A DNA stretch of 64,000 nt from Giardia intestinalis (taxonomy: Eukaryota). Below the pieces are notes generated by a model. The model was not told where the DNA came from. It did no database searches and saw nothing but the letters and a program-made list of their open reading frames with translations. The translations under genes and the position numbers were made by a program. Positions within the stretch are counted from its first letter, which is position 1. Each line of letters starts with the position of its first letter. The stretch lies in NCBI GenBank assembly GCA_000002435.2, contig CM018790.1; one strand, written 5' to 3'. Positions 55,735 to 64,000 of this stretch are shown in pieces.

Positions 55735-58103
55735 CAGGAGCTGGGCAGAACAAGGTCATTGATGATGTCTTCGTTGAAGTCGGCTGCTAGATCAATGCCA
55801 CTACTGCTGCCACTACTCAACTCAGAGTCTTCCTTTTCCATGGCAGCAAAGTCAGGAGCATCTTTGTTGGAGCCCTCATTCGAATCCTCGTTGCTATACT
55901 CCTCGTCCGAATCATAACTATTACTTGATTCATCACTAGGGTCCAGAACCTTGTATCGTTTAGAGTCTCCCAGCTCTTCCTTTTGAAGCACTGTACGCTC
56001 TCCTTTGATGGCTGTGTACTTCTCAAGTAGCTGCGCTAGTGTGGGCGTGACCTTGTGCTGAGTGACACCCTGATTGTACATATTGTTCTCATCTTCACTG
56101 CCAGCTTCTTCATCTGCACCCTGTACGGTAAACCCGTCATCGATAACGCGCTTTCTGATTGCGTTCATAGCAGCCGAGATGTCTCCATCTATAAGGTTCT
56201 TTGTGTGTAACCGCAAATCTAACCGTACAGCAACCATCAGTGCAATGTGTCTGTTAATTGCGCGACGCAATCCATCTAGAATCATGCAGATTTCCATATA
56301 TGTCGGCTTGATCACCGATGTGTAATGGATCTTGTAGTCGTGGCCCAAGAGGCTCTCCTTCTCCTTCATTGAAAGCACAAGATGCTTTAGATAGTGTGTG
56401 GGCTTATACATGAGCTCTGGAAACGAGGGATGATAAAGATAGGGTAGTATGTTTGTACAAAACAAATTCAAGCTTTCGTAGAACACTGTTTTTCTATAAA
56501 TTAGGGTACTAGCAAGCTCCTTGGGGCAAAGAAGCAAGGCATTCAGGCTCAGGAGAGAGCCAGAAAGCGTCCCCTCAGCATTCTCGGCCAGAATACGTGA
56601 CCTCCACTTGCCGATGCTATCTGCATATGAGGAGGTGCCCCCGCCTGCGTTGCTATTGCTGCTGGCAGGTTTGACCGCCTCAATAATCATCTCCATGACA
56701 CTGTGAAGGAGGGGAATGTACAGCGGTTTCTTACCGTCAGGGCCTTCTGCTAACCTTGTCATGGCGGTTAAAATCTTGACACGGCAGGGGAAAAAGCGGA
56801 GAGACGATGGGACGACCTCATTGTAATAGAAGCATATCTCTATATATGGATGTACAAGGTTGGCCAGATTGCAGGCCTTTATCACCATAAGGGAGAGCTC
56901 CACAGAGGCAACAAAGACCCAGCTGCAGAGATCACGATACCGTTGAACGGCATCTTCCTTTATTGCGTTTTTCCCACCCTTTTTCCTGGTGGGATCGTCA
57001 AAGATTGTGCGCTTTTTCCCTTTTCCACTCTTTGTGCTGCTCCTCGTGAAAAGTAATTGGCCTTTCCCAACAAAACAGCATCTAATGTGAGAAATAATCT
57101 GTTTGCTGAAACCTAGAAGCATCTCTGTAAGGATTTTCCGCGGGGCCTTGGTGTATACATGAACAATAAGTTGCCGCTGTATCCCGAGTGCCTTTATCTG
57201 TGTTAGGCGTGGTCGACCGTGCTGGCTGAGATACTTCGACCAAAGAGAACGAACCAGTCTTTGGCACTCCTCCTCGTACTCTGTTGTTATTGTGACAAGT
57301 TCTGTCAGCAGGTGTGTGATAGATAGTGAAAGCAAGGGATACTTACGTTTCTTACCATCCTTCTGCTTCTTCTTTGGTGCAGGACTTGTGAGTGACGCAG
57401 GTTGTGCCTGGTCTTCGGAATCCGAGTCACATGGGTTTCCAGTCTCCTCTTCTGCGCTCAGGGCAGCATATAAGTCTTCTAAAGGTCCAGTAAAGTTATA
57501 GCCATTATAAACTGCATGCACTATATCCAGAAGGCAGACCGTCGATGACAAGGCAATCTCTGCATTTTGATAGAGCACTTGGAGGAAAGTCTCTCTGTCC
57601 TGGGGCTCACAGAGCTCCATTGCCGTGGGGAGCAATCTTGTGATGAGGATGATTAAGTAAGGAAGTACGTACTGCTCCTGTGCACTTGCAGACTCGTACC
57701 GGGTCAGAAGCCGAACCGTGGACGAATACACAGTCCGCATGTGGCCAATCCGCACAGTAGTTGTACTAACTTTGTTGACATTAGAATGATTGGTTGCAAA
57801 GGGGCCTGTGCTGCTGAGCATAGTGGGCAGAAACTGTATGGCATGCAGCGCAAATAGAGCATATGCGGAGTCCTCCACTATCGAATATGCTGTTGTATCT
57901 GGATCTGATCCTGTTACGGCCAAGTAGTACTGAACAATCCGAGTGAGAAGGTCTTCTGAAACTTCGCCTGCCTCAATGGCATCCTTTGCCTCCTTGATGA
58001 CTGCAGTCGCAATGTCTGCCGTTAACACCACCTTCAGTCCACTGTTCTCCTCAGAGTGTTCCAGAGACGAGACCTCGGGGGTGTACGATTCATCGCTGCT
58101 CAT
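55734..58103 (-). CDS. Helical-repeat protein (789 aa) with strongly acidic Ser/Asp/Glu C-terminal tail (nucleolar Noc2-like?; unassigned)
   Basis: ATG at 58103. The body is predicted alpha-helical. The tail reads DSDEEYSNEDSNEGSNKDAPDFAAMEKEDSELSSGSSSGIDLAADFNEDIINDLVL. There is an internal KKKQKDGKKRKYP basic patch (NLS-like). Confidence 0.5.
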   Translation of the reverse strand: MSSDESYTPEVSSLEHSEENSGLKVVLTADIATAVIKEAKDAIEAGEVSEDLLTRIVQYYLAVTGSDPDTTAYSIVEDSAYALFALHAIQFLPTMLSSTGPFATNHSNVNKVSTTTVRIGHMRTVYSSTVRLLTRYESASAQEQYVLPYLIILITRLLPTAMELCEPQDRETFLQVLYQNAEIALSSTVCLLDIVHAVYNGYNFTGPLEDLYAALSAEEETGNPCDSDSEDQAQPASLTSPAPKKKQKDGKKRKYPLLSLSITHLLTELVTITTEYEEECQRLVRSLWSKYLSQHGRPRLTQIKALGIQRQLIVHVYTKAPRKILTEMLLGFSKQIISHIRCCFVGKGQLLFTRSSTKSGKGKKRTIFDDPTRKKGGKNAIKEDAVQRYRDLCSWVFVASVELSLMVIKACNLANLVHPYIEICFYYNEVVPSSLRFFPCRVKILTAMTRLAEGPDGKKPLYIPLLHSVMEMIIEAVKPASSNSNAGGGTSSYADSIGKWRSRILAENAEGTLSGSLLSLNALLLCPKELASTLIYRKTVFYESLNLFCTNILPYLYHPSFPELMYKPTHYLKHLVLSMKEKESLLGHDYKIHYTSVIKPTYMEICMILDGLRRAINRHIALMVAVRLDLRLHTKNLIDGDISAAMNAIRKRVIDDGFTVQGADEEAGSEDENNMYNQGVTQHKVTPTLAQLLEKYTAIKGERTVLQKEELGDSKRYKVLDPSDESSNSYDSDEEYSNEDSNEGSNKDAPDFAAMEKEDSELSSGSSSGIDLAADFNEDIINDLVLPSS

Positions 58104-58357
58104 GGTGGGTCAACCAAATAAATGCAGGATCATGTTATGCAATATATTTTAAAAGAAGAAAAAGTATTTGAATTTAAGCTAAATTGCACGAACTTGCTTT
58201 TTCCTCAAAGCCTAATTACAAGAATCTCTTTGGGTCCCTTCAAATCTCTTCAAGGGCTTTCTGGCCATTCATGCAAAAGAGATGCCTTCGCTGCCAGAGG
58301 ACAAGCTTACTTAGTCAAAAGGTAGACGAAATAACCATTTTCTACATACGCGTGACC

Positions 58358-61300
58358 ATGCAGCTAATGGCCATTCAGGCGATCATCATGCACCTGGTTT
58401 GTCTTCCGCCCGTTTTCACCGACATAAAATCGCCGCTCAAACGCACTATGGTTATGGGGTTCCGCATAGTGGACTCATTTTACTGCACCTTCAGTGTCAT
58501 GTACCTCACCCATATGGACACCCATCTGTTCTGCAGTCTGTGCTTCAACCTGTCAGGCGTTGATGCACTAGTGTCAAAGTGCCTTTGTGTGCATAAGAAG
58601 CTAGGTGCTCTAACAAAGGTGTTCAGTGTAGGGCTTCTGATACGTTGTCTGTTCGCAGGTGTGATTGCAGAACAAGTGTCTCCTTCGTCTATAATTACTT
58701 ACTTGATAGAATTGTGCACTCTTCTCTATTCCATGCTGATTGGTATTGTCATTCCAATTCCTCTTGGCATTAAAATGCTCTATTTTTTATTAAGTCAGTT
58801 TCCAATGACAATCTTATCATACAATCTATCTGGCAACTTGGTAATTGTTCCAACACTAATTGCAACAATACTCCTGGTCTCTCTTATTAGCTACTACTTC
58901 GTGTCGTTTTCGAGAAAAAAGAGCTTCTTTTCCATTGAGACCACGCGAAACATGGTTACTATCCTTGGAGGACAGATCATGAACCTCTTTTTGAATGCTC
59001 TCCCCTCACGGCTAGTTCCCAACGTCATGAGCGGTGTCAGAATGGAGCCAACTGTCTGCTTGGATGTGTGCTTTTCATATATCGCAGTAAGCGACGCTGT
59101 CCCTTCCAACCCGGGTTGCCTGGTTGTCAATGCTAAAAATGCCGACTACCAGAAGATAGACGAGTACACGAAGGGCTTTATGAGCCGGCTCAACCTATAT
59201 TACTGTCTCCTGGACTTTTTGTCTGAGTGCATAGGGGTGCAGAAGATTAAATCGACGTACACCCTTTATATGGTAGCAGCCGGGCTTGAAAGCATTCTAG
59301 ATATTAACTATAAAGGCCCTGTCAGCGGCTACCTACTGGGACAGGATGACGACCAGGAGCCACAAGCAGAGCAATTGTTATTACAAACAGATCCGCTGGC
59401 TTATAAATTGCGAGCCGAGAAGCTAAAATTTAAACAGATAGCCACTTTTTGTTTGGCTGCTAGAATAGCAGGCGAGTCTTTGGGGTTTAACGTCTCAGCC
59501 GGAATCACGAAGGGACCTATCATCACGGGAATGCTCGGTCAGGGACAGGCAAATTGCAACTTTGATGTCTGGGGGGACGTTGTCAATATGGCGGCCCGGA
59601 TTGCCCGCGGCTTCAATTCCGGAGTGTTTATTAAGCAGGATGACTTTTATAGCCAGTTGGATGACTCTATAAGTGGCTCATACTGCCGGGCTGCCATTTC
59701 GGAGAGCAGCCTTGACGACGACTACTCTGTGATAGCCTTGAAAAATGACCTTGAGAAAAAAAGACAAGATGTGTCAAAATACTTACCCAGCGAGGATATC
59801 GTTCGACGCTCACGTGAGATTGTCTATAACCTTCCACCGTGCTATATGTTTGGGATGTCGTTTCCGCGTATGTACAAAGGGAAGGCAGGAGTCACCTGGA
59901 TCACCGAGCTGGTTGAGACCGATTATATGCCCTGGCTCTTGAGGCGCACGTTTAGCTTGGCGTACCGCAATCTTCTGCTGTCATATATTTCAGAGGATAG
60001 TCAGCAGACTCTTGGTTTGCCCGCTAACCCTGCGTCTCCTAGGCACCGCGTGGGCCAGAGCATTAAGCAGGGTGCTAATACCGCAGAAGCAAAGCAATTA
60101 GTTGGCATGGAGCTCTTTGAAGCAATAAAACGGAACCTAGGACTGGAGAAGGATGACAACTCACACATTGATAATGCACTCGCTGTTGTCCGTCAGCGCG
60201 ATCAGCTCGATGCTCTTTTGCTTGAGCTTAAGATGTACGTGTGTGATGAGTCTAAAAACGCTTCTAAATCAAGCGTTGTACCCATCAAAGACGATCATCT
60301 AAAGATCCTCAAGAGCCTTAGCACGCTAGCTACACTAGAATCAAGCAGCGCCACCACAAAGCCATATTCCACACAGTCCCCATGTAAGGATCCTGCCACC
60401 TCATCCTCCTTCCTATCAGATAACAGCCTGAGGAGGGTCATCTACTGTGTTTATTCGGGGGACTATTCGCTCCTTGAGCACGGCGGCGAGTTTATCGATC
60501 TGCGGATCTATTTCGGCCTTACAAATTTTCTTTCGCACGTTAATCTTAGGAATGAACCAATGTTTTCCGGAAAGCACCCTATTATGGCTCGTTTGCAATT
60601 TCCAGCCTCTGCAAACCAATTGAATATACTAGAACCGCGCTCTGACAGCAGCGATGATCTATTTGATGGCATTACAAACTCTCAGCTTATGATCGAAACG
60701 ATCTACAAGGCCACAAACGTGATGGTAGACTCTCAGTTCCATAAATCTCATGTCTCATCATCTATTGCAGATTCCTCTCAGCAGCGAGGCGAGGACAAGT
60801 ACAGAAACACGAGCCTGACCCTTCCAAGCTCGTCCCAGGACCTCCATTCAACTATTCGGCAATCGACTGACGGCATCTCCGGCTCAGCCATAAAATCTAA
60901 GGGAAGGTACCGCAAGCCGAACAATCTGCAGATATCACCGTTGCCTGACAGTGCCCCGAACGCCGTGGAGGAGTACTTCTTTGTGCAACCGGATATCAAG
61001 CCTCTGGCCCTAAGTTCATTCAATACTTCGTCTCTACGAATTCCTGAGACCATCCTAACGCCGCGTGTTCTCACCAACCAGCCCAGGCATGACTTTCACG
61101 ACGTTGTCAAGCTGGGTGTGGAGAAAACTCTGCGTAAGACAGCCCGAAATGTTCTAAAGGGGCAGAAATCCTTCAGCAGAACAGGTTCAAATGGGCTGCT
61201 GCGTATTGAAGAAGACTCTCGCGAGGTTGAAGGGTCGCTAGGCGGCCAACGATCTGAAATTCTGCAACTCCATGACCTAGGACTTACTAAGAGAGGCGCT

Positions 61301-64000
61301 AGTGTGAGCAGAGAGACATCTGGAGATGATACGGAGTATTCCCTTGCCAGTATTACGCGACGGTATGCTTCAGGAGAGAGCATAGAGCTCCAGCCCACTG
61401 TGGAGTATACCAAATCAAAGTTGGGAAAGCAGACAGTAGCTGTTGAGAAATCTGCCTCCGAAGAAGTCGGGTATGGGGATGTACAGCACTTTAAGGACTT
61501 TACCTTGATGGATCTGCCCCATCAATCTGGCTTTACTACGTTTGATGACCAGCTAGAAGATAACACGCTGCAATCTACATTGCGATCTTTTGATAAGATG
61601 AATTATTCCTTCAAGGATCTCCTCCCGCCGATTCAAGCTCCTTCAGACAACATGAAAGCTCTTCGGAACAAAACTGAAGCCTCACATGAGAACTCTTGTC
61701 CCGCACTAGTTCCAATAAGACCACTGATTGAAGCGGATACGGAATCTGACAACATTTCTGTGTCTAATGATGACATACACTTAACCGCCGCACAGGGCCT
61801 GTCTCTAGCAACGCCAACAGCTGGAGATCAAAGAGGATCGCCTTTGCCGCACTTTTCTTCGACAACCGGAACTCGTCCTCTGGCACGCTCAAATTCGCAG
61901 CTCCACTGGCAGTCAGAGGATAATGCCAAGACGGCCCCTGCTTTCTGTAGTCGCGCAGACTCCACAGACTCGATAGAACCGACGCACCACCAGTTTTCTG
62001 ATGCGGCTAGGTTCAGCATCTCTAAACCTGCCCTTCAAAAGAGTACCGGCTCCATCAAAGGCGATTCGTTCGCCAGTTCCCTGTTGCAATGCAAGCAAAC
62101 GGGAAAGATTCAGCAGCGTGCCTCGTCTCTCTCTCGCACTCCTCAGCAACAACCGCACCGTATCTATTCCCAGCGATCAACCAGTGTGTCTGCCGAACAA
62201 CGGGTACAGAACTTCTTCACCTTCTTTAATACAAGTGCAACAGCGACCCCGACACCAACCAAGGTCGACGCCGTCAAGAATGCGCTTATTCTGGATTATA
62301 CTCAACTCGAAAGCATGACGGCTCCACAGAATGGTGGCCGGCATGGCCGCTCCGTTTCTTTTCTAGCAAGGCCCAAGTCTTCCTGCCAGTCACGTGACAA
62401 TCAGTCAACTGGGTCCAGCCGGCCTCTGTCTACGCTCACCATGCAGAGAAGCCAGTCCACCCTTGAGAGCTGGAACGACCCAACCAGGGGCACGGTGTAT
62501 AGCAAGACGCCTGACTTCACAGAGCAAGATGCGTCCTTCGATCCGTCGACTACCTGTTCCCGGAACAATCTTGTGGCACAGGAGCTATGCATAGACAAGC
62601 CAGAAAACGACGAGTGCTTTCAGTTTGAGGATTGTGACCGCACTAGTACTAGTATTACTGTGTGTACTAATGGGTATAATGACAGACAAGTCTGCGCATA
62701 CCCCCTTTCACAGGAAAGAATTCCCGTAGGGCTACTTAGCTTTCAAATTCTCTTTGGCGTTCTACTACATATGAGGAGGCAGATTGAGTTACTGTGCAGC
62801 ATCTCCAACTTGATCAGTAAAAGGTGCACTGAGGAGATAGGTTTTGCATTCATGGTCACTGGTATGATGCGTTCTCAGAATTATTGTATTGATTTCTTCG
62901 TCATACTCTTCATGTACATAACTTTTTCAATCATTTTGCGCGTAACAAAATTTAATACTATGGCTGTTATTTTCTTTTTTAACTCGAAAGTCTATTTTTC
63001 CAGTATAAAATTTATATACTGGACGATGCTGGGCATAAATATCCTCTGGCAAATCTCCTTCAGCATCTACTTACGATACTATGATGGAGTTAGGAGAGCT
63101 GTCAAAATTGATTTCGATAAGGCCACTGAACGTGGAGAAAATAGCGACAACCTCGGCCGAGATCTTCTTTTCAACAACGTGGTGATCGGGGTTCGGATTC
63201 TGGTCACGCTCACCACTGTTGTGTGCATCTACCTGATCCAATGTTTCTATTCTATTGGATTCTACTCCGCGCTGAATAATTCCATTAACGAAGAACCAGA
63301 CGCGATGGCGCTATTGATATTTTTCATGCTACCATTTCAGTTCTTCTACGTTGTGACTATCCTCTCTACCACAAGCAACTCCGTCTTCTTCATAAGCTAT
63401 AACTTCATTGCTCTCATGGTAGCAACCCTAGTCTTGGTCATAGCATCCTTCTGTGGGCAGATTGAGGCAGTCCTGGTGAACCTTATCATGTTGATCGCTG
63501 CCTGCATCTACTCTAGCACAAAGCTGAGGATTCGCATCAGCATCCTGGATTGGAAGGCATCTGTCGCCAACCAGATCAAGACGTACAAGGAGAGGCTCAA
63601 CCCCATCCTTCCTGGGATGACAATAGATGTCATGATTGCTGCAAAGCAACCAGAAGCTATCTCGTCAACAGAGGGCGTTTTTCAGTTTATAGAGTGCTAT
63701 ATGCGTGATCTTAACCATATGATATGTCTTGCAGAGCTGGAGAAGGCGTCCCAAATACATAGAGTGGGGTCTACTCCCATCACAGACGCCCCTCATAGCC
63801 GTGTCCCGCCCATAGATTTCTTTGCACTTAAACTAGAGCGTGACCTGCTACCGAACACATCTCCATTTATCTCATCAGACGCTGCGCATGACCCAGATGA
63901 GCCTGGCCTCATCGTGGAGACTGGCCAAAAGAACAAGCACTACTGGGAAGACTTTTGCCAGCAGGCACGTGAGACAATAGAGAGCCGTAGCAAGGAGCTC
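58358..64000 (+). CDS. Membrane class III nucleotidyl (adenylyl/guanylyl) cyclase: 6TM - cyclase domain - linker - second 6TM (3' end outside window)
   Basis: Frame 2 is open from the ATG at 58358 to the window end (over 1880 codons). Two hydrophobic cassettes (58.4-58.9 kb and 62.8-63.5 kb). Cyclase homology domain:
- KIKSTYTLYMVAAGLES ~ KIKTIGDAYMVVSGLP
- LKFKQIATFCLAARIAGESLGFNVSAGITKGPIITGMLGQ ~ LRIGIHSGPVVAGVVG
- NFDVWGDVVNMAARIARG ~ YCLFGDTVNTASRMES. Confidence 0.65.
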   Translation, partial: MQLMAIQAIIMHLVCLPPVFTDIKSPLKRTMVMGFRIVDSFYCTFSVMYLTHMDTHLFCSLCFNLSGVDALVSKCLCVHKKLGALTKVFSVGLLIRCLFAGVIAEQVSPSSIITYLIELCTLLYSMLIGIVIPIPLGIKMLYFLLSQFPMTILSYNLSGNLVIVPTLIATILLVSLISYYFVSFSRKKSFFSIETTRNMVTILGGQIMNLFLNALPSRLVPNVMSGVRMEPTVCLDVCFSYIAVSDAVPSNPGCLVVNAKNADYQKIDEYTKGFMSRLNLYYCLLDFLSECIGVQKIKSTYTLYMVAAGLESILDINYKGPVSGYLLGQDDDQEPQAEQLLLQTDPLAYKLRAEKLKFKQIATFCLAARIAGESLGFNVSAGITKGPIITGMLGQGQANCNFDVWGDVVNMAARIARGFNSGVFIKQDDFYSQLDDSISGSYCRAAISESSLDDDYSVIALKNDLEKKRQDVSKYLPSEDIVRRSREIVYNLPPCYMFGMSFPRMYKGKAGVTWITELVETDYMPWLLRRTFSLAYRNLLLSYISEDSQQTLGLPANPASPRHRVGQSIKQGANTAEAKQLVGMELFEAIKRNLGLEKDDNSHIDNALAVVRQRDQLDALLLELKMYVCDESKNASKSSVVPIKDDHLKILKSLSTLATLESSSATTKPYSTQSPCKDPATSSSFLSDNSLRRVIYCVYSGDYSLLEHGGEFIDLRIYFGLTNFLSHVNLRNEPMFSGKHPIMARLQFPASANQLNILEPRSDSSDDLFDGITNSQLMIETIYKATNVMVDSQFHKSHVSSSIADSSQQRGEDKYRNTSLTLPSSSQDLHSTIRQSTDGISGSAIKSKGRYRKPNNLQISPLPDSAPNAVEEYFFVQPDIKPLALSSFNTSSLRIPETILTPRVLTNQPRHDFHDVVKLGVEKTLRKTARNVLKGQKSFSRTGSNGLLRIEEDSREVEGSLGGQRSEILQLHDLGLTKRGASVSRETSGDDTEYSLASITRRYASGESIELQPTVEYTKSKLGKQTVAVEKSASEEVGYGDVQHFKDFTLMDLPHQSGFTTFDDQLEDNTLQSTLRSFDKMNYSFKDLLPPIQAPSDNMKALRNKTEASHENSCPALVPIRPLIEADTESDNISVSNDDIHLTAAQGLSLATPTAGDQRGSPLPHFSSTTGTRPLARSNSQLHWQSEDNAKTAPAFCSRADSTDSIEPTHHQFSDAARFSISKPALQKSTGSIKGDSFASSLLQCKQTGKIQQRASSLSRTPQQQPHRIYSQRSTSVSAEQRVQNFFTFFNTSATATPTPTKVDAVKNALILDYTQLESMTAPQNGGRHGRSVSFLARPKSSCQSRDNQSTGSSRPLSTLTMQRSQSTLESWNDPTRGTVYSKTPDFTEQDASFDPSTTCSRNNLVAQELCIDKPENDECFQFEDCDRTSTSITVCTNGYNDRQVCAYPLSQERIPVGLLSFQILFGVLLHMRRQIELLCSISNLISKRCTEEIGFAFMVTGMMRSQNYCIDFFVILFMYITFSIILRVTKFNTMAVIFFFNSKVYFSSIKFIYWTMLGINILWQISFSIYLRYYDGVRRAVKIDFDKATERGENSDNLGRDLLFNNVVIGVRILVTLTTVVCIYLIQCFYSIGFYSALNNSINEEPDAMALLIFFMLPFQFFYVVTILSTTSNSVFFISYNFIALMVATLVLVIASFCGQIEAVLVNLIMLIAACIYSSTKLRIRISILDWKASVANQIKTYKERLNPILPGMTIDVMIAAKQPEAISSTEGVFQFIECYMRDLNHMICLAELEKASQIHRVGSTPITDAPHSRVPPIDFFALKLERDLLPNTSPFISSDAAHDPDEPGLIVETGQKNKHYWEDFCQQARETIESRSKEL

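Noticed and set aside
55734-58103. Calling the 789-aa acidic-tailed protein Noc2
   Set aside because: Only its general architecture (helical body, acidic tail, basic patch) fits. No conserved block was recognised. It is kept as an unassigned helical-repeat protein.
1-64000. A prokaryote-type defence or mobile system (CRISPR array, restriction-modification, toxin-antitoxin, transposon, integron)
   Set aside because: There are no direct-repeat/spacer arrays, no terminal inverted repeats, and no transposase or integrase motifs. All genes have eukaryotic homologues or eukaryote-type low-complexity and coiled-coil architecture.

Overview
Taxon and layout. This window looks like a stretch of an intron-poor, very gene-dense protist nuclear genome, most consistent with a Giardia-type diplomonad; that is an inference from the sequence, not a database result. 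The evidence:
- About 34 long uninterrupted ORFs (70 to more than 3600 codons) on both strands, with intergenic spacers from 1 nt to about 270 nt.
- AT-rich stretches directly before start codons.
- Repeated AGTRAAY-type motifs at or just after stop codons, as expected for Giardia polyadenylation signals.
- Several degenerate NEK-like kinase / ankyrin ('protein 21.1'-like) genes and SHIPPO (PGPG-x-Y) repeat proteins.
- The standard genetic code is in use: TAA, TAG and TGA all terminate genes and are absent from multi-kb ORFs.

Start coordinates. The ORF track uses TTG/GTG/CTG as alternative starts, so several track starts are not ATG. Where the first in-frame ATG differs I give it.

Genes I can name from motifs I read directly:
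- AP-complex mu subunit (5' partial), a DPY-30 domain protein, RNase H1 with an N-terminal hybrid-binding domain, and a PCI-domain protein (Rpn9/PSMD13-like).
- Intraflagellar-transport protein IFT54/TRAF3IP1.
- A NEK-like pseudokinase with ankyrin repeats, and a second stand-alone pseudokinase.
- Cytochrome b5, a DJ-1/PfpI protein and a PBDC1 (DUF757) homologue.
- Two SHIPPO/STPGR repeat proteins.
- A 1874-aa ULK4-like ciliary pseudokinase and a possible dynein light-intermediate-chain-like protein.
- A sugar-1-phosphate nucleotidyltransferase (GMPP-like) with a large Ser/Arg-rich insertion, and an SDR-family oxidoreductase.
- PDCD5, an Sm-like protein and ERCC1/Rad10.
- A 12-TM class III nucleotidyl (adenylyl) cyclase (3' partial).
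- Several large coiled-coil or domain-less proteins, including one uninterrupted ORF of about 3600 codons.

No rRNA, tRNA, CRISPR array, transposon or prokaryote-style defence operon was recognisable, and I do not claim any.

Second-look items:
1. Two same-frame SHIPPO-repeat ORFs separated only by TAG and TAA 9 nt apart, with no ATG for the second.
2. A decayed NEK-kinase/ankyrin pseudogene in the only sizeable ORF-free gap.
3. A GC-rich compositional island (about 35.0-40.2 kb) carrying the metabolic genes.
4. A perfect 12-bp tandem repeat at -28 to -59 of cytochrome b5.
5. Extreme gene packing: CATG shared by divergent starts, 1 nt between a stop and the next ATG, and convergent overlaps.
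6. A triplicated poly(A)-signal motif.
7. A cyclase whose first catalytic domain looks C2-like.
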